Source of the DNA: a phage
Strand: one strand, 5' to 3'
DNA: 64,000 bases
Sequence record: PZ179880.1
Shown: in pieces, positions 48,137 through 62,695 of the stretch
How positions within the stretch are numbered: position 1 is the first letter of the stretch
Layout of the letters: every line of letters starts with the position of its first letter
Notes under the pieces: model-generated
What the model was told of the DNA's origin: nothing
Databases searched by the model: none
Seen by the model: the letters and a program-made list of their open reading frames with translations, nothing else
Position numbers and translations under genes: made by a program

Positions 48137-48429
48137 TGTCAGGATTAAGTTATGATAAGTGTGTTACTGCTGGCCATGAAGCGTGGCCTCCAACAGTTGT
48201 GAATGCTACACAAAGTAAAGTATTCACTGGAGGAATTGCTGTTCTCGTAGCAGGTGATCCAATTACAGAACACACAGAAATTAAAAAGCCATATGAAACA
48301 CATGGCGGAGTGACACAACCTAGAACTTCTAAGGTATATGTCACTGGAAAGAAAGCTGTTCAAATGGCTGATCCAATATCATGCGGTGATACTGTGGCTC
48401 AGGCATCATCTAAAGTATTCATTAAATAG
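48136..48429 (+). CDS. 5.4: PAAR-repeat spike tip protein gp5.4 (97 aa)
   Basis: 97-aa ORF directly after 5.1. Confidence 0.8.
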
Positions 48430-48437
48430 GATTTAAA

Positions 48438-50420
48438 ATGGCAAATACCCCTGTAAATTATCAATTAACAAGAACAGCAAATGCTATTCCCGAGATATTC
48501 GTCGGGGGTACATTTGCTGAAATAAAACAAAACCTCATTGAATGGCTTAATGGTCAAAATGAATTTTTGGATTATGATTTTGAAGGCTCAAGATTAAACG
48601 TTCTGTGCGACCTTTTGGCTTATAATACATTGTACATTCAACAGTTTGGTAATGCTGCCGTGTATGAAAGCTTTATGCGTACTGCTAACTTACGTAGTTC
48701 AGTAGTTCAAGCGGCACAAGATAATGGATATTTACCTACTTCAAAATCAGCTGCTCAAACTGAAATTATGCTAACTTGTACAGACGCATTGAATAGAAAT
48801 TACATTACTATTCCTCGTGGTACTCGCTTTTTAGCATATGCAAAGGATACTTCTGTTAATCCTTATAACTTTGTCTCTACTGAAGATGTTATTGCTATTC
48901 GTGATAAAAATAACCAATATTTTCCACGTTTAAAATTGGCCCAAGGACGTATAGTAAGAACTGAAATCATTTACGATAAATTAACACCTATTATCATTTA
49001 TGACAAAAATATAGATAGAAACCAAGTTAAACTATACGTTGATGGAGCAGAATGGATTAACTGGACAAGAAAGTCAATGGTTCATGCTGGTTCTACATCA
49101 ACAATTTACTACATGCGTGAAACTATTGATGGAAATACTGAATTTTATTTTGGTGAAGGTGAGATTTCTGTTAACGCGGCAGAAGGAGCATTGACCGCTA
49201 ATTATATTGGAGGTCTTAAACCTACCCAGAACTCTACGATTGTTATTGAGTACATCAGTACTAACGGTGCAGATGCGAATGGTGCAGTCGGATTTTCATA
49301 CGCAGATACATTAACAAATATAACTGTCATCAATATTAATGAAAACCCAAACGATGACCCAGATTTTGTTGGGGCAGATGGCGGCGGTGACCCAGAAGAT
49401 ATTGAACGTATTCGCGAATTGGGTACTATTAAACGTGAAACCCAACAACGCTGCGTAACTGCGACTGATTATGATACATTCGTTTCAGAAAGATTCGGTT
49501 CTATTATTCAAGCGGTTCAGACTTTCACTGATTCTACTAAACCTGGTTATGCATTTATTGCTGCTAAACCTAAATCAGGACTATATTTAACTACTGTACA
49601 ACGTGAAGATATTAAAAATTATCTAAAAGATTATAATTTAGCTCCTATTACACCATCAATTATTTCTCCTAATTATCTTTTTGTTAAGACTAATTTAAAA
49701 GTAACATATGCTTTAAATAAGCTGCAAGAATCAGAACAGTGGCTAGAAGGTCAAATAATTGATAAAATTGATCGTTATTATACCGAAGATGTAGAAATTT
49801 TTAACTCATCTTTCGCTAAATCTAAGATGTTGACATATGTAGATGATGCAGATCATTCTATCATTGGCTCATCCGCGACAATTCAAATTGTCCGTGAAGT
49901 ACAAAACTTCTATAAAACGCCTGAAGCGGGTATTAAATACAATAATCAAATAAAAGATCGTTCTATGGAATCTAATACGTTTTCATTTAATTCTGGACGA
50001 AAGGTTGTAAATCCTGATACTGGTTTAGAAGAAGATGTATTATATGACGTTCGTATAGTATCAACAGACCGAGATTCTAAAGGAATTGGCAAAGTTATTA
50101 TTGGTCCATTTGCTTCTGGCGATGTTACAGAAAATGAAAACATTCAGCCATATACAGGCAATGATTTTAATAAATTAGCAAGTTCCGATGGACGTGACAA
50201 ATACTATGTTATCGGTGAAATAAATTATCCAGCTGACATGATTTATTGGAATATCGCTAAAATTAATTTAACATCCGATAAATTTGAGGTTCAGACTATT
50301 GAGCTATATTCTGATCCAATAGACGATGTTATTTTCACGCGCGATGGTTCACTGATTGTATTTGAAAATGATTTACGTCCACAATACTTAACTATCGATT
50401 TGGAGCCTATATCACAATGA
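48438..50420 (+). CDS. 6: Baseplate wedge protein gp6 (660 aa)
   Basis: Gene order and exact T4 length. Confidence 0.95.
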   Translation: MANTPVNYQLTRTANAIPEIFVGGTFAEIKQNLIEWLNGQNEFLDYDFEGSRLNVLCDLLAYNTLYIQQFGNAAVYESFMRTANLRSSVVQAAQDNGYLPTSKSAAQTEIMLTCTDALNRNYITIPRGTRFLAYAKDTSVNPYNFVSTEDVIAIRDKNNQYFPRLKLAQGRIVRTEIIYDKLTPIIIYDKNIDRNQVKLYVDGAEWINWTRKSMVHAGSTSTIYYMRETIDGNTEFYFGEGEISVNAAEGALTANYIGGLKPTQNSTIVIEYISTNGADANGAVGFSYADTLTNITVININENPNDDPDFVGADGGGDPEDIERIRELGTIKRETQQRCVTATDYDTFVSERFGSIIQAVQTFTDSTKPGYAFIAAKPKSGLYLTTVQREDIKNYLKDYNLAPITPSIISPNYLFVKTNLKVTYALNKLQESEQWLEGQIIDKIDRYYTEDVEIFNSSFAKSKMLTYVDDADHSIIGSSATIQIVREVQNFYKTPEAGIKYNNQIKDRSMESNTFSFNSGRKVVNPDTGLEEDVLYDVRIVSTDRDSKGIGKVIIGPFASGDVTENENIQPYTGNDFNKLASSDGRDKYYVIGEINYPADMIYWNIAKINLTSDKFEVQTIELYSDPIDDVIFTRDGSLIVFENDLRPQYLTIDLEPISQ

Positions 50421-53400
50421 CAGTAAAAGCACCTTCAGTCACTAGTCTCAGAATTTCCAAGTTATCCGCAAATCAGGTGCAAGTACGCTGGGATGACGTT
50501 GGTGCTAATTTCTACTATTTTGTAGAAATCGCTGAGACAAAAACAGACTCGGGGGAAAATCTCCCGAGTAATCAATACAGATGGGTTAACTTAGGATATA
50601 CTGCAAATAACAGCTTCTTTTTTGATGATGCCGACCCATTGACATCATACATTATTAGAGTAGCCACAGCTGCGCAAGATTTTGAGCAGTCTGATTGGAT
50701 TTATACCGAAGAGTTTGAAACTTTTGCTACAAACGCTTATACATTTCAAAACATGATTGAAATGCAATTAGCTAATAAATTCATTCAAGAAAAATTTGCT
50801 CTTAATAATTCTGACTATGTTAATTTTAATAATGATACTATAATGGCTGCATTGATGAATGAATCATTCCAATTCAGCCCATCATATGCTGATGTTTCAT
50901 CAATAAGTAATTTTATTATTGGTGAAAATGAGTATCATGAAATACAAGGTTCTATTCAGCAAGTATGTAAGGATATTAACCGAGTTTATTTGATGGAATC
51001 AGAAGGGATTCTATATCTTTTTGAGCGTTATCAACCTGTAGTTAAAGTATCTAATGATAAAGGACAAACCTGGAAAGCTGTAAAGCTCTTCAATGATCGT
51101 GTAGGATATCCTTTATCTAAGACTGTATATTACCAATCTGCAAACACAACATACGTTCTAGGATACGACAAGATTTTCTACGGCCGCAAATCTACTGATG
51201 TTAGATGGTCAGCTGATGATGTTAGATTTAGTTCGCAGGATATAACATTTGCTAAACTTGGAGATCAACTTCATTTGGGATTTGATGTTGAAATATTTGG
51301 TACTTATGCTACATTACCAGCGAATGTATACCGCATTGCAGAAGCTATTACTTGCACCGATGATTACATTTACGTTGTCGCCAGAGACAAAGTTAGATAC
51401 ATAAAAACGAGTAATGCACCTATAGATTCTGATCCATTATCTCCAACATATTCGGAAAGACTTTTTGAACCTGATACAATGACTATAACCGGAAATCCTA
51501 AAGCAGTATGCTATAAAATGGATTCTATCGGTGATAAAGTTTTTGCTCTTATTATTGGTGAAGTTGAAACATTAAATGCTAATCCTAGAACATCAAAAAT
51601 AATTGACTCTGCTGATAAAGGAATATATATTTTAAATCATGACACGAAAACATGGAAAAGAGTTTTTGGCAACACTGAAGAAGAAAGAAGACGTATTCAA
51701 CCTGGATATGCGAATATGTCAACTGACGGTAAATTAGTTTCTCTATCTTCGAGTAATTTTAAATTTTTAAGTGATAACATTGTTAATGACCCTGAAACTG
51801 CAGCGAAATATCAGTTAATCGGTGCTGTTAAATATGAATTTCCTCGTGAATGGCTAGCTGATAAGCATTATCATATGATGGCATTTATAGCAGATGAAAA
51901 ATCTGATTGGGAAACTTTTACGCCTCAGCCGATGAAATACTATGCAGAACCATTCTTTAACTGGTCTAAAAAATCTAACACACGCTGTTGGATAAACAAC
52001 TCTGACAGAGCTGTAGTAGTTTATGCTGATTTAAAATATACCAAAGTTATTGAAAATTTTCCAGAAACATCGCCAGATAGATTAGTTCATGAATACTGGG
52101 ATGACGGCGATTGCACTATAGTAATGCCAAATGTTAAATTCACGGGATTTAAAAAATATGCGTCTGGGATGCTTTTTTATAAATCTTCTGGTGAAATAAT
52201 TTCTTACTATGATTTTAACTATCGAGTGAGAGATACGGTTGAAATAATTTGGAAGCCAACTGGAATATTTTTAAAAGCATTTTTACAAAACCAAGAGCGT
52301 GAAACTCCTTGGTCACCGGAAGAAGAGCATGGATTAGCTGATCCTGATTTAAGACCATTGATTGGCACAATGATGCCTGATTCTTATTTGCTACAGGATT
52401 CTAATTTTGAGGCATTCTGCGAAGCATATATTCAGTATCTTTCTGATGGATATGGAACTCAGTATAATAATTTACGAAATTTAATTCGTAACCAATATCC
52501 GCGAGAAGAGCATGCATGGGAATATTTGTGGTCAGAGATATATAAAAGAAACATTTATTTAAATGCTGATAAACGTGATGCTGTTGCAAGATTTTTTGAA
52601 TCACGTAGCTATGATTTTTATTCTACTAAAGGAATTGAAGCATCATACAAATTTCTTTTTAAAGTTCTTTATAATGAAGAAGTTGAAATTGAAATTGAAT
52701 CTGGGGCTGGTACTGAATATGATATAATCGTTCAATCTGATTCTTTGACTGAAGATTTAGTAGGACAAACGATTTATACTGCTACAGGAAGATGTAATGT
52801 TACTTATATAGAAAGAAGCTATTCCAATGGCAAATTGCAATGGACCGTAACTATTCATAATCTTTTGGGAAGATTAATTGCCGGTCAAGAAGTTAAAGCA
52901 GAAAGACTCCCTAGTTTCGAAGGCGAAATTATTCGCGGGGTTAAAGGAAAGGATTTGCTTCAAAATAATATAGACTATATTAATAGAAGTAGATCATATT
53001 ATGTAATGAAAATTAAATCAAATTTACCTTCTTCCCGCTGGAAATCTGACGTTATTCGTTTTGTTCATCCAGTAGGATTTGGATTTATAGCAATTACTCT
53101 TTTAACAATGTTTATTAATGTCGGTTTAACTCTTAAACATACAGAGACTATAATTAATAAATACAAAAACTACAAATGGGATTCTGGATTGCCTACTGAA
53201 TATGCTGATAGAGTAGCTAAATTAACTCCAACCGGTGAAATTGAGCATGACTCAGTTACAGGCGAAGCAATTTATGAACCTGGCCCAATGGCTGGTGTAA
53301 AATATCCTCTTCCTGATGACTATAATGCTGAAAATAATAATTCAATATTTCAAGGTCAATTGCCGTCTGAACGACGTAAATTAATGAGTCCTCTATTTGA

Positions 53401-53515
53401 TGCATCTGGAACAACATTTGCACAATTTAGGGATTTAGTTAATAAACGTCTAAAAGATAATATAGGAAATCCAAGAGACCCTGAAAATCCAACACAGGTT
53501 AAAATAGATGAATGA
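50417..53515 (+). CDS. 7: Baseplate wedge protein gp7 (1032 aa)
   Basis: Gene order and exact T4 length. Confidence 0.95.
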   Translation: MTVKAPSVTSLRISKLSANQVQVRWDDVGANFYYFVEIAETKTDSGENLPSNQYRWVNLGYTANNSFFFDDADPLTSYIIRVATAAQDFEQSDWIYTEEFETFATNAYTFQNMIEMQLANKFIQEKFALNNSDYVNFNNDTIMAALMNESFQFSPSYADVSSISNFIIGENEYHEIQGSIQQVCKDINRVYLMESEGILYLFERYQPVVKVSNDKGQTWKAVKLFNDRVGYPLSKTVYYQSANTTYVLGYDKIFYGRKSTDVRWSADDVRFSSQDITFAKLGDQLHLGFDVEIFGTYATLPANVYRIAEAITCTDDYIYVVARDKVRYIKTSNAPIDSDPLSPTYSERLFEPDTMTITGNPKAVCYKMDSIGDKVFALIIGEVETLNANPRTSKIIDSADKGIYILNHDTKTWKRVFGNTEEERRRIQPGYANMSTDGKLVSLSSSNFKFLSDNIVNDPETAAKYQLIGAVKYEFPREWLADKHYHMMAFIADEKSDWETFTPQPMKYYAEPFFNWSKKSNTRCWINNSDRAVVVYADLKYTKVIENFPETSPDRLVHEYWDDGDCTIVMPNVKFTGFKKYASGMLFYKSSGEIISYYDFNYRVRDTVEIIWKPTGIFLKAFLQNQERETPWSPEEEHGLADPDLRPLIGTMMPDSYLLQDSNFEAFCEAYIQYLSDGYGTQYNNLRNLIRNQYPREEHAWEYLWSEIYKRNIYLNADKRDAVARFFESRSYDFYSTKGIEASYKFLFKVLYNEEVEIEIESGAGTEYDIIVQSDSLTEDLVGQTIYTATGRCNVTYIERSYSNGKLQWTVTIHNLLGRLIAGQEVKAERLPSFEGEIIRGVKGKDLLQNNIDYINRSRSYYVMKIKSNLPSSRWKSDVIRFVHPVGFGFIAITLLTMFINVGLTLKHTETIINKYKNYKWDSGLPTEYADRVAKLTPTGEIEHDSVTGEAIYEPGPMAGVKYPLPDDYNAENNNSIFQGQLPSERRKLMSPLFDASGTTFAQFRDLVNKRLKDNIGNPRDPENPTQVKIDE

Positions 53516-54512
53516 TTCAAGTGTTATCTATCGTGCGATAGTTACTTCAAAATTTAGAACAGAAAAAATGTTGAATTTTTATAATTCAATTGGAAGTGGT
53601 CCGGATAAAAACACTATCTTTATTACATTTGGAAGATCAGAACCGTGGTCATCAAACGAAAACGAGGTGGGATTTGCCCCACCTTATCCCACCGATTCTG
53701 TGTTAGGTGTAACTGACATGTGGACTCATATGATGGGAACCGTGAAGGTTCTTCCATCTATGCTTGATGCAGTTATTCCTCGTCGAGATTGGGGAGATAC
53801 TAGATATCCGGATCCATACACATTTAGAATTAACGATATTGTAGTGTGTAACTCAGCTCCTTACAACGCTACCGAATCAGGCGCAGGCTGGTTAGTATAT
53901 CGTTGTTTAGATGTTCCTGATACCGGAATGTGCTCAATTGAGTCTTTAACTAATAAGGATGAATGCCTTAAGCTAGGTGGAAAATGGACTCCTTCTGTTA
54001 GGTCAATGACTCCTCCTGAAGGTCGAGGAGACGCGGAAGGAACAATCGAACCTGGAGACGGGTATGTATGGGAATATCTTTTTGAGATTCCGCCTGATGT
54101 ATCTATAAACAGATGCACGAATGAATATATCGTGGTTCCTTGGCCTGAGGAATTAAAAGAAGATCCGACTAGATGGGGGTATGAAGATAACCTCACTTGG
54201 CAGCAAGATGATTTTGGATTAATTTACCGGGTTAAGGCAAATACTATTCGTTTTAAAGCATACTTAGATTCAGTTTATTTTCCTGAAGCTGCATTGCCAG
54301 GAAATAAAGGATTTAGACAAATATCGATAATCACGAATCCTCTTGAAGCTAAAGTTCATCCAAATGACCCAAACGTTAAAGCTGAAAAGGATTACTATGA
54401 TCCGGAAGATTTAATGAGGCATTCGGGCGAAATGATTTATATGGAAAATAGGCCACCTATTATTATGGCAATGGACCAAACAGAAGAAATCAATATTCTG
54501 TTTACATTTTAA
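53508..54512 (+). CDS. 8: Baseplate wedge protein gp8 (334 aa)
   Basis: Gene order and exact T4 length. Confidence 0.95.
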   Translation: MNDSSVIYRAIVTSKFRTEKMLNFYNSIGSGPDKNTIFITFGRSEPWSSNENEVGFAPPYPTDSVLGVTDMWTHMMGTVKVLPSMLDAVIPRRDWGDTRYPDPYTFRINDIVVCNSAPYNATESGAGWLVYRCLDVPDTGMCSIESLTNKDECLKLGGKWTPSVRSMTPPEGRGDAEGTIEPGDGYVWEYLFEIPPDVSINRCTNEYIVVPWPEELKEDPTRWGYEDNLTWQQDDFGLIYRVKANTIRFKAYLDSVYFPEAALPGNKGFRQISIITNPLEAKVHPNDPNVKAEKDYYDPEDLMRHSGEMIYMENRPPIIMAMDQTEEINILFTF

Positions 54513-54516
54513 ATTA

Positions 54517-54540
54517 AGGGAGCCCATGGGCTCCCTTTTT
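54517..54540 (+). terminator. Rho-independent terminator after gene 8
   Basis: agggagcccatgggctccct hairpin followed by ttttt. Confidence 0.6.
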
Positions 54541-54543
54541 CTT

Positions 54544-54551
54544 TATAAATA
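54544..54551 (+). promoter_or_regulatory. Late promoter TATAAATA for gene 9
   Basis: Exact TATAAATA about 25 nt upstream of the gene 9 start. Confidence 0.55.
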
Positions 54552-54575
54552 CTATAAACTCATAAGGAAACCGCT

Positions 54576-55442
54576 ATGTTCATTCAAGAACCAAAGAAAT
54601 TGATTGATACCGGCGAAATTGGTAACGCTTCTACTGGTGATATCTTATTCGACGGTGGTAATAAAATTAATAGTGATTTTAATGCAATTTATAACGCGTT
54701 TGGCGATCAGCGTAAAATGGCAGTAGCAAATGGCACTGGTGCTGACGGCCAAATTATCCATGCTACTGGATATTATCAAAAGCATTCTATCATAGAGTAC
54801 GCAACTCCGGTGAAAGTTGGTACTAGACATGATATTGATACCTCTACTGTAGGTGTTAAAGTTATCATTGAAAGAGGCGAACTTGGCGACTGTGTTGAAT
54901 TTATTAACTCAAATGGATCAATATCAGTTACTAATCCTTTAACGATTCAAGCTATTGATTCAATTAAAGGTGTTTCGGGTAATTTGGTAGTAACTAGCCC
55001 ATATAGTAAAGTTACTTTACGTTGTATTTCATCTGATAATTCTACGTCAGTTTGGAATTATTCTATTGAAAGTATGTTTGGCCAAAAAGAATCACCGGCC
55101 GAAGGTACATGGAATATTTCTACATCTGGGTCAGTTGACATTCCATTGTTTCATCGTACTGAATATAACATGGCTAAATTGTTAGTTACATGCCAATCAG
55201 TAGATGGAAGAAAAATTAAAACGGCAGAAATAAATATTCTTGTAGATACTGTTAATTCAGCGGTCATTTCTTCTGAATATGCTGTCATGCGAGTTGGGAA
55301 TGAAACCGAAGAAGACGAAATCGCTAATATTGCATTTAGTATTAAAGAAAATTATGTAACGGCGACTATAAGTTCTTCAACTGTCGGTATGAGAGCAGCA
55401 GTTAAAGTTATCGCTACGCAGAAAATCGGGGTGGCTCAATAA
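54576..55442 (+). CDS. 9: Baseplate protein gp9 (long tail fibre socket, 288 aa)
   Basis: Gene order and exact T4 length. Confidence 0.95.
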   Translation: MFIQEPKKLIDTGEIGNASTGDILFDGGNKINSDFNAIYNAFGDQRKMAVANGTGADGQIIHATGYYQKHSIIEYATPVKVGTRHDIDTSTVGVKVIIERGELGDCVEFINSNGSISVTNPLTIQAIDSIKGVSGNLVVTSPYSKVTLRCISSDNSTSVWNYSIESMFGQKESPAEGTWNISTSGSVDIPLFHRTEYNMAKLLVTCQSVDGRKIKTAEINILVDTVNSAVISSEYAVMRVGNETEEDEIANIAFSIKENYVTATISSSTVGMRAAVKVIATQKIGVAQ

Positions 55443-57247
55443 TGAAACAAAATATTAATATCGGTAATGTTGTTGATGATGGTACCGGTGACTACCTGCG
55501 TAAAGGTGGTATAAAAATAAATGAAAACTTTGATGAACTTTATTATGAACTTGGTGATGGAGATGTTCCATATTCAGCCGGTGCCTGGAAAACTTATAAT
55601 GCTTCATCTGGACAAACACTAACGGCAGAATGGGGAAAATCATATGCCATTAATACTTCGTCTGGAAGAGTAACTCTACAACTTCCTAAAGGAACTGTTA
55701 ATGATTACAACAAGGTAATTAGAGCTAGAGACGTATTCGCTACATGGAACATCAATCCAGTTACTTTAGTAGCTGCTTCCGGAGATACAATTAAAGGGTC
55801 GTCATCATCGGTTGAAATTAATGTTCAATTTAGTGATTTAGAGTTAGTTTATTGCGCTCCAGGACGTTGGGAATATGTCAAAAACAAACAAATTGACAAA
55901 ATTGTTAGTTCAGATATTAGTAATGTAGCTCGCAAAGAATTTTTAGTTGAAGTTCAAGGACAAACTGACTTTTTAGATGTTTTCAATGGAACTAGTTATA
56001 ATGTTAATAACATAAGAGTGAAGCATCGTGGTAACGAATTATATTACGGTGATGTATTTAGTGAAAATAGCGACTTTGGCTCTCCAGGGGAAAATGAAGG
56101 CGAATTAGTTCCTCTTGATGGATTTAATATTCGATTAAGACAGCCATGTAATATTGGTGACACCGTTCAAATTGAAACATTTATGGATGGTGTATCACAA
56201 TGGAGAAGTTCATATACAAGACGCCAAATAAAAGTACTAGATTCAAAACTAACATCAAAGACTTCATTAGAAGGAAGTATTTACGTTACTGATTTATCAA
56301 CGATGAAATCAATTCCATTTTCCGCTTTTGGATTAATTCCTGGTGAACCTATTAATCCTAATTCTCTTGAGGTTCGTTTTAATGGAATTTTACAGCAGCA
56401 GGCTGGAACAGCTGGATATCCTCTGTTTTTGTGTGAAGGCGCTAATTCAGATACGCAAGAAGGATGTATATCTCTTGGCGGCGAATGGAAAGAATCAAAC
56501 ACGGATTATTCTATAGAATATGAAGACGGAAAACCTATCAGTCTTTTATTTGATAGAAAATTTGAATCCGGCGACATTATCGTTATAACATGGTTCAATA
56601 ACGATTTAGGAACTCTTTTAGAAAAAGATGACATTATTGAATTAACAGATGACCGTTATGTTAGCAAAGGATCATCTACTGAAGTTACTGGTGATGTGGC
56701 CTTAACAGATTTTGATAAAATCGGCTGGCCAAATGTTGAAAAAGTTGATTCTTATACTAGAACGTATAATTCAATATCATCTATTTTCGATAGCATTTAT
56801 CCTGTAGGTTCAATTTATGAAAATGCTATAAATCCAAATAATCCGGTGACTTATATGGGATTTGGTTCATGGAAATTATTTGGCAAAGGACAAGTTTTAG
56901 TAGGATGGAATGATGATGTTACGGATCCAAACTTTGCTTTAAACAATAATGATTTAGATTCTAGCGGAAATCCTTCACATACTGCTGGTGGAACAGTTGG
57001 AACAACATCAGTAACGCTTGAAAACGCAAATCTTCCTGCAACTAAAACCGACGAAAGAGTTTTAATTGAAGACGAAAATGGATCGGTTATTATTGGAGGT
57101 TGCCAATATGACCCAGATGAAACTGGTCCTATATATACAAAATATCGTGAAGACTATGCAACAACAAACTCTTCACATACTCCTCCTGCTAATATTAGTA
57201 ATATTCAACCGTCTATTACTGTATACCGTTGGATAAGGATTGCATAA
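55442..57247 (+). CDS. 10: Baseplate wedge protein gp10 (601 aa)
   Basis: Gene order and size. Confidence 0.95.
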   Translation: MKQNINIGNVVDDGTGDYLRKGGIKINENFDELYYELGDGDVPYSAGAWKTYNASSGQTLTAEWGKSYAINTSSGRVTLQLPKGTVNDYNKVIRARDVFATWNINPVTLVAASGDTIKGSSSSVEINVQFSDLELVYCAPGRWEYVKNKQIDKIVSSDISNVARKEFLVEVQGQTDFLDVFNGTSYNVNNIRVKHRGNELYYGDVFSENSDFGSPGENEGELVPLDGFNIRLRQPCNIGDTVQIETFMDGVSQWRSSYTRRQIKVLDSKLTSKTSLEGSIYVTDLSTMKSIPFSAFGLIPGEPINPNSLEVRFNGILQQQAGTAGYPLFLCEGANSDTQEGCISLGGEWKESNTDYSIEYEDGKPISLLFDRKFESGDIIVITWFNNDLGTLLEKDDIIELTDDRYVSKGSSTEVTGDVALTDFDKIGWPNVEKVDSYTRTYNSISSIFDSIYPVGSIYENAINPNNPVTYMGFGSWKLFGKGQVLVGWNDDVTDPNFALNNNDLDSSGNPSHTAGGTVGTTSVTLENANLPATKTDERVLIEDENGSVIIGGCQYDPDETGPIYTKYREDYATTNSSHTPPANISNIQPSITVYRWIRIA

Positions 57248-57906
57248 TGAGTTTACTTAATAATAAAGCGGGAGTTATTTCCCGCTTAGCAGATTTTCTT
57301 GGTTTTAGAACTAAGAAAAATGATATTTCGGTTATGAATAATCAGCCAGTAGGCGCTGTAACAATTTCACAAATAGCAAAAGGTTTTTATGACCCAAATG
57401 TAGAATCTGCTATCAATGATGTTAGAAATATGGCAGAGCAACAAGTTGGAGCTGTATTAGTTAATATAAGCGGCGTATCTCCCACTGGTGTGCAGCAAAC
57501 AGACTATTGGTCATTTGAAGGAACTGTTACTGATACTTCAGCCAAACCAGGTGACCCAGTTATTGTTAACATGTTTGGTATTCCAGTTAAAGCTACTAAC
57601 GGAATGACTTCAATTGAATTTACCAGTGCCGTTAGAATAGCTCTACAGGAAATGGTTGCAAAATTTATTGCAATTGATTCATTTGAAGACCATCCTACAA
57701 TAGGAAATAAAATACAAGTTAAGTATTTAGATAACCAAGAACATATCTTAGAACAATACTCTGATAAAGGAATTACTTTCAAACAAGAAATAATTTCTCC
57801 TTCTAAACCTGGATACGGAACTTGGCAATTATTAGGTGCGCAAACTGTTACGCTAGATAGTCACACACAACCTACGGTATTTTATTATTTTGAGAGAATA
57901 GCATGA
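57247..57906 (+). CDS. 11: Baseplate wedge protein gp11 (219 aa from MSLLNNKAG)
   Basis: Start set at the Met giving the T4 gp11 length; track ORF extends 6 codons upstream. Confidence 0.9.
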   Translation: MSLLNNKAGVISRLADFLGFRTKKNDISVMNNQPVGAVTISQIAKGFYDPNVESAINDVRNMAEQQVGAVLVNISGVSPTGVQQTDYWSFEGTVTDTSAKPGDPVIVNMFGIPVKATNGMTSIEFTSAVRIALQEMVAKFIAIDSFEDHPTIGNKIQVKYLDNQEHILEQYSDKGITFKQEIISPSKPGYGTWQLLGAQTVTLDSHTQPTVFYYFERIA

Positions 57907-59453
57907 GTAACAATACATATCAGCACGTATCAAATGAATCAAAATATGTTAAATTCGATCCTGCAGGATCGAATTTTCCTGACACTGTCACAACAGTACA
58001 GTCTGCATTATCAAAAATAAGTAATATCGGCGTAAATGGTATTCCTGATGCAACTATGGAAGTTAAAGGAATAGCAATGATTGCGTCAGAGCAAGAGGTT
58101 TTAGATGGAACTAATAATTCTAAAATCGTTACGCCAGCTACATTAGCAACAAGATTATTATATCCAAATGCTACTGAAACTAAATATGGTTTAACGCGTT
58201 ATTCAACAAATGAAGAAACATTAGAAGGCTCAGATAATAATTCATCAATAACGCCGCAAAAACTGAAATACCACACTGACGATGTGTTCCAAAATAGATA
58301 TTCGTCTGAGTCATCAAACGGGGTTATTAAAATATCATCTACACCTGCAGCTTTAGCTGGAGTTGATGATACTACGGCAATGACTCCATTAAAAACACAA
58401 AAACTTGCAATAAAATTAATTTCACAAATAGCCCCTTCCGAAGATACTGCATCAGAATCTGTGAGAGGTGTAGTTCAATTATCTACTGTTGCGCAAACTC
58501 GTCAAGGAACTCTCCGCGAAGGATATGCAATTTCTCCGTATACCTTTATGAATTCTGTTGCAACACAAGAATATAAGGGTGTTATACGTTTAGGAACACA
58601 ATCGGAAATTAACAGTAATTTGGGAGATGTTGCAGTAACAGGTGAAACACTAAATGGTCGAGGAGCTACTGGTTCTATGCGTGGAGTAGTTAAATTAACG
58701 ACGCAAGCCGGTATTGCCCCTGAAGGTGATAGTTCTGGAGCATTAGCATGGAACGCAGATGTAATTAATACTCGTGGTGGACAAACTATTAACGGTTCTT
58801 TAAATTTAGACCATCTTACAGCAAACGGAATTTGGTCGCGCGGCGGAATGTGGAAAAATGGCGATCAACCTGTTGCCACTGAAAGATATGCGTCCGAAAG
58901 GATTCCAGTTGGAACTATTATGATGTTTGCAGGTGATTCAGCACCTCCAGGTTGGATTATGTGCCACGGCGGAACCGTGTCAGGAGATCAATATCCTGAT
59001 TATAGAAACGTAGTTGGAGGAAGATTTGGTGGGGATTGGAATAATCCAGGGATTCCTGATATGCGAGGTCTTTTCGTCAGAGGAGCTGGCACGGGCGGTC
59101 ATATTTTAAATCAACGTGGACAAGATGGCTATGGAAAGGATAGACTGGGCGTAGGATGTGACGGAATGCATGTTGGTGGTGTTCAGGCACAACAAATGTC
59201 ATACCATAAACATGCTGGTGGTTGGGGAGAATACCAAAGACATGAAGCTCCATTTGGCGCGTCAGTTTATCAAGGATATCTTGGAACTAGAAAATATTCC
59301 GACTGGGATAATGCTTCATACTTCACTAATGATGGATTTGAATTGGGTGGACCGAGAGATGCCCTTGGTACACTTAATCGTGAAGGATTAATTGGTTATG
59401 AAACTAGACCATGGAATATATCATTAAACTATATTATTAAAGTTCATTACTAA
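57903..59453 (+). CDS. 12: Short tail fibre protein gp12 (516 aa)
   Basis: Gene order; about 11 aa shorter than the T4 gp12 length I recall. Confidence 0.9.
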   Translation: MSNNTYQHVSNESKYVKFDPAGSNFPDTVTTVQSALSKISNIGVNGIPDATMEVKGIAMIASEQEVLDGTNNSKIVTPATLATRLLYPNATETKYGLTRYSTNEETLEGSDNNSSITPQKLKYHTDDVFQNRYSSESSNGVIKISSTPAALAGVDDTTAMTPLKTQKLAIKLISQIAPSEDTASESVRGVVQLSTVAQTRQGTLREGYAISPYTFMNSVATQEYKGVIRLGTQSEINSNLGDVAVTGETLNGRGATGSMRGVVKLTTQAGIAPEGDSSGALAWNADVINTRGGQTINGSLNLDHLTANGIWSRGGMWKNGDQPVATERYASERIPVGTIMMFAGDSAPPGWIMCHGGTVSGDQYPDYRNVVGGRFGGDWNNPGIPDMRGLFVRGAGTGGHILNQRGQDGYGKDRLGVGCDGMHVGGVQAQQMSYHKHAGGWGEYQRHEAPFGASVYQGYLGTRKYSDWDNASYFTNDGFELGGPRDALGTLNREGLIGYETRPWNISLNYIIKVHY

Positions 59454-59462
59454 GGATTACAA

Positions 59463-60920
59463 ATGATTGAATTAAAAGAGTTACCTTTTGTTGATAGCGT
59501 TCCTGACGAAGGTCAGGAACGTATTTCATGGATTAAAAATGGTGAAGAAATATTAGGAGCTAGTACTAAGTATGGAAATGATGGATCAATGAATAGACCA
59601 ATTGTTTCCGTGTTTAAAAACGTCGAAGTTCTTGATGAAAATGTGGGAATTCTTAAAACTGCCATTGAAACATCACAGAAAGATATTAAAACAATTCAAG
59701 GAGTTTTAGATGTATCAGGAGATATAGAAGCACTATCGCAGATCAGTGTTAATAAAAATGACATATCGAATTTAAAGACACTTACTAGTGAACACACTGA
59801 AATATTAACTGGAACTAATAATACAGTTGACAAAATTATCGCTGATATAGGTCCATTTAATGATGAAGAAAACTCTGTTTATAGAACAATTAGAAATGAT
59901 TTACTGTGGATTAAACAGGAATTAGGACAATATTCTGGCCAAGACATTAACGGTCTTCCTGTTGTTGGTAATGCTAGCACAGGAATGAAACACAGAATAA
60001 TAACAAATAGTACATTATTATCTTCACAAGGCATTCGTTTAAGCGAATTAGAAAATAAATTTACTGAATCTGACGTAGGATCATTGACTGTTGAAGTTGG
60101 TAAATTACGTGATGAACTTGGTAATAAACCGGTAGATTTTGGACCAAATATTTATAATAGATTAAACACTATAGATGATAAACAAACTTTAATAAATTCT
60201 GATATAGCAGAAATTAAATCTTCTATTGGATACCCAGAAAATGTTTCTATAATAACAGAAATTAATAATAACAAAAGTAGCATTGAAGCTATTAATAATG
60301 AATTAAATCAGAGTGAAGGTGTTAAACAACGCTTAACGGCTATTGAAACTTCTATCGGTTCAGATGATATTCCTTCTAGTATTAAAGGAAAAATTAAAAA
60401 TCACACAACTTCTATTGAGTCTTTAAACGGAATTGTTGGTGAAAACACTTCGTCTGGTTTAAGAGCGAATGTTTCGTGGTTAAATCAAATTGTTGGAACT
60501 GACTCCAGCGGAGGACAACCGTCTCCTTCTGGATCTCTATTAAATAAAGTTTCAGTGCTTGAAGGAGAAGTTTCAGTTTTAAACAATAATGTTCAAAATA
60601 TACAAGTTGAAATAGGAAATAATAGAACAGGAATTAAAGGTCAAGTTATTGAACTTACTTCACTTATAAATGGAAATAATCCTGACGGATCAACTGTTGA
60701 AGAACGAGGATTAACTAATTCTGTAAAAACGAATGAAACCAACATTGCGGCAGTCACACATGAAGTAAATACAGCTAAAGACAATATATCCTCTTTACAG
60801 AGCAGCGTTCAAGCTCTACAAGAAGCAGGTTATATTCCTGAAGCTCCAAAAGATGGCCAAGCTTACGTTCGTAAAGACGGCGAATGGGTATTACTTTCTA
60901 CCTTTTTATCACCAGCATAA
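59463..60920 (+). CDS. wac: Fibritin (whisker protein Wac, 485 aa)
   Basis: Long coiled-coil segments; gene order after gene 12. Confidence 0.9.
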   Translation: MIELKELPFVDSVPDEGQERISWIKNGEEILGASTKYGNDGSMNRPIVSVFKNVEVLDENVGILKTAIETSQKDIKTIQGVLDVSGDIEALSQISVNKNDISNLKTLTSEHTEILTGTNNTVDKIIADIGPFNDEENSVYRTIRNDLLWIKQELGQYSGQDINGLPVVGNASTGMKHRIITNSTLLSSQGIRLSELENKFTESDVGSLTVEVGKLRDELGNKPVDFGPNIYNRLNTIDDKQTLINSDIAEIKSSIGYPENVSIITEINNNKSSIEAINNELNQSEGVKQRLTAIETSIGSDDIPSSIKGKIKNHTTSIESLNGIVGENTSSGLRANVSWLNQIVGTDSSGGQPSPSGSLLNKVSVLEGEVSVLNNNVQNIQVEIGNNRTGIKGQVIELTSLINGNNPDGSTVEERGLTNSVKTNETNIAAVTHEVNTAKDNISSLQSSVQALQEAGYIPEAPKDGQAYVRKDGEWVLLSTFLSPA

Positions 60921-60923
60921 CAT

Positions 60924-60939
60924 GGGGCCGCAAGGCCCC
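60924..60939 (+). terminator. GCAA-tetraloop hairpin after wac
   Basis: ggggccgcaaggcccc followed by a U-rich stretch. Confidence 0.45.
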
Positions 60940-60952
60940 AAAGGATTTTTAA

Positions 60953-62654
<1,702 letters not shown>

Positions 62655-62695
62655 TAAATATTATAAACTAATTAAAGCCCAGATTAGGAGAAATC

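Noticed and set aside
46131-59391. Short ORFs inside the late structural genes on either strand (46131-46340, 47006-47206, 48145-48363, 49946-50143, 52401-52604, 53861-54196, 54645-54830, 55455-55643, 56281-56502, 57504-57782, 59158-59391)
   Set aside because: Embedded in or antisense to large, well-supported baseplate/tail genes; most likely frame artefacts.
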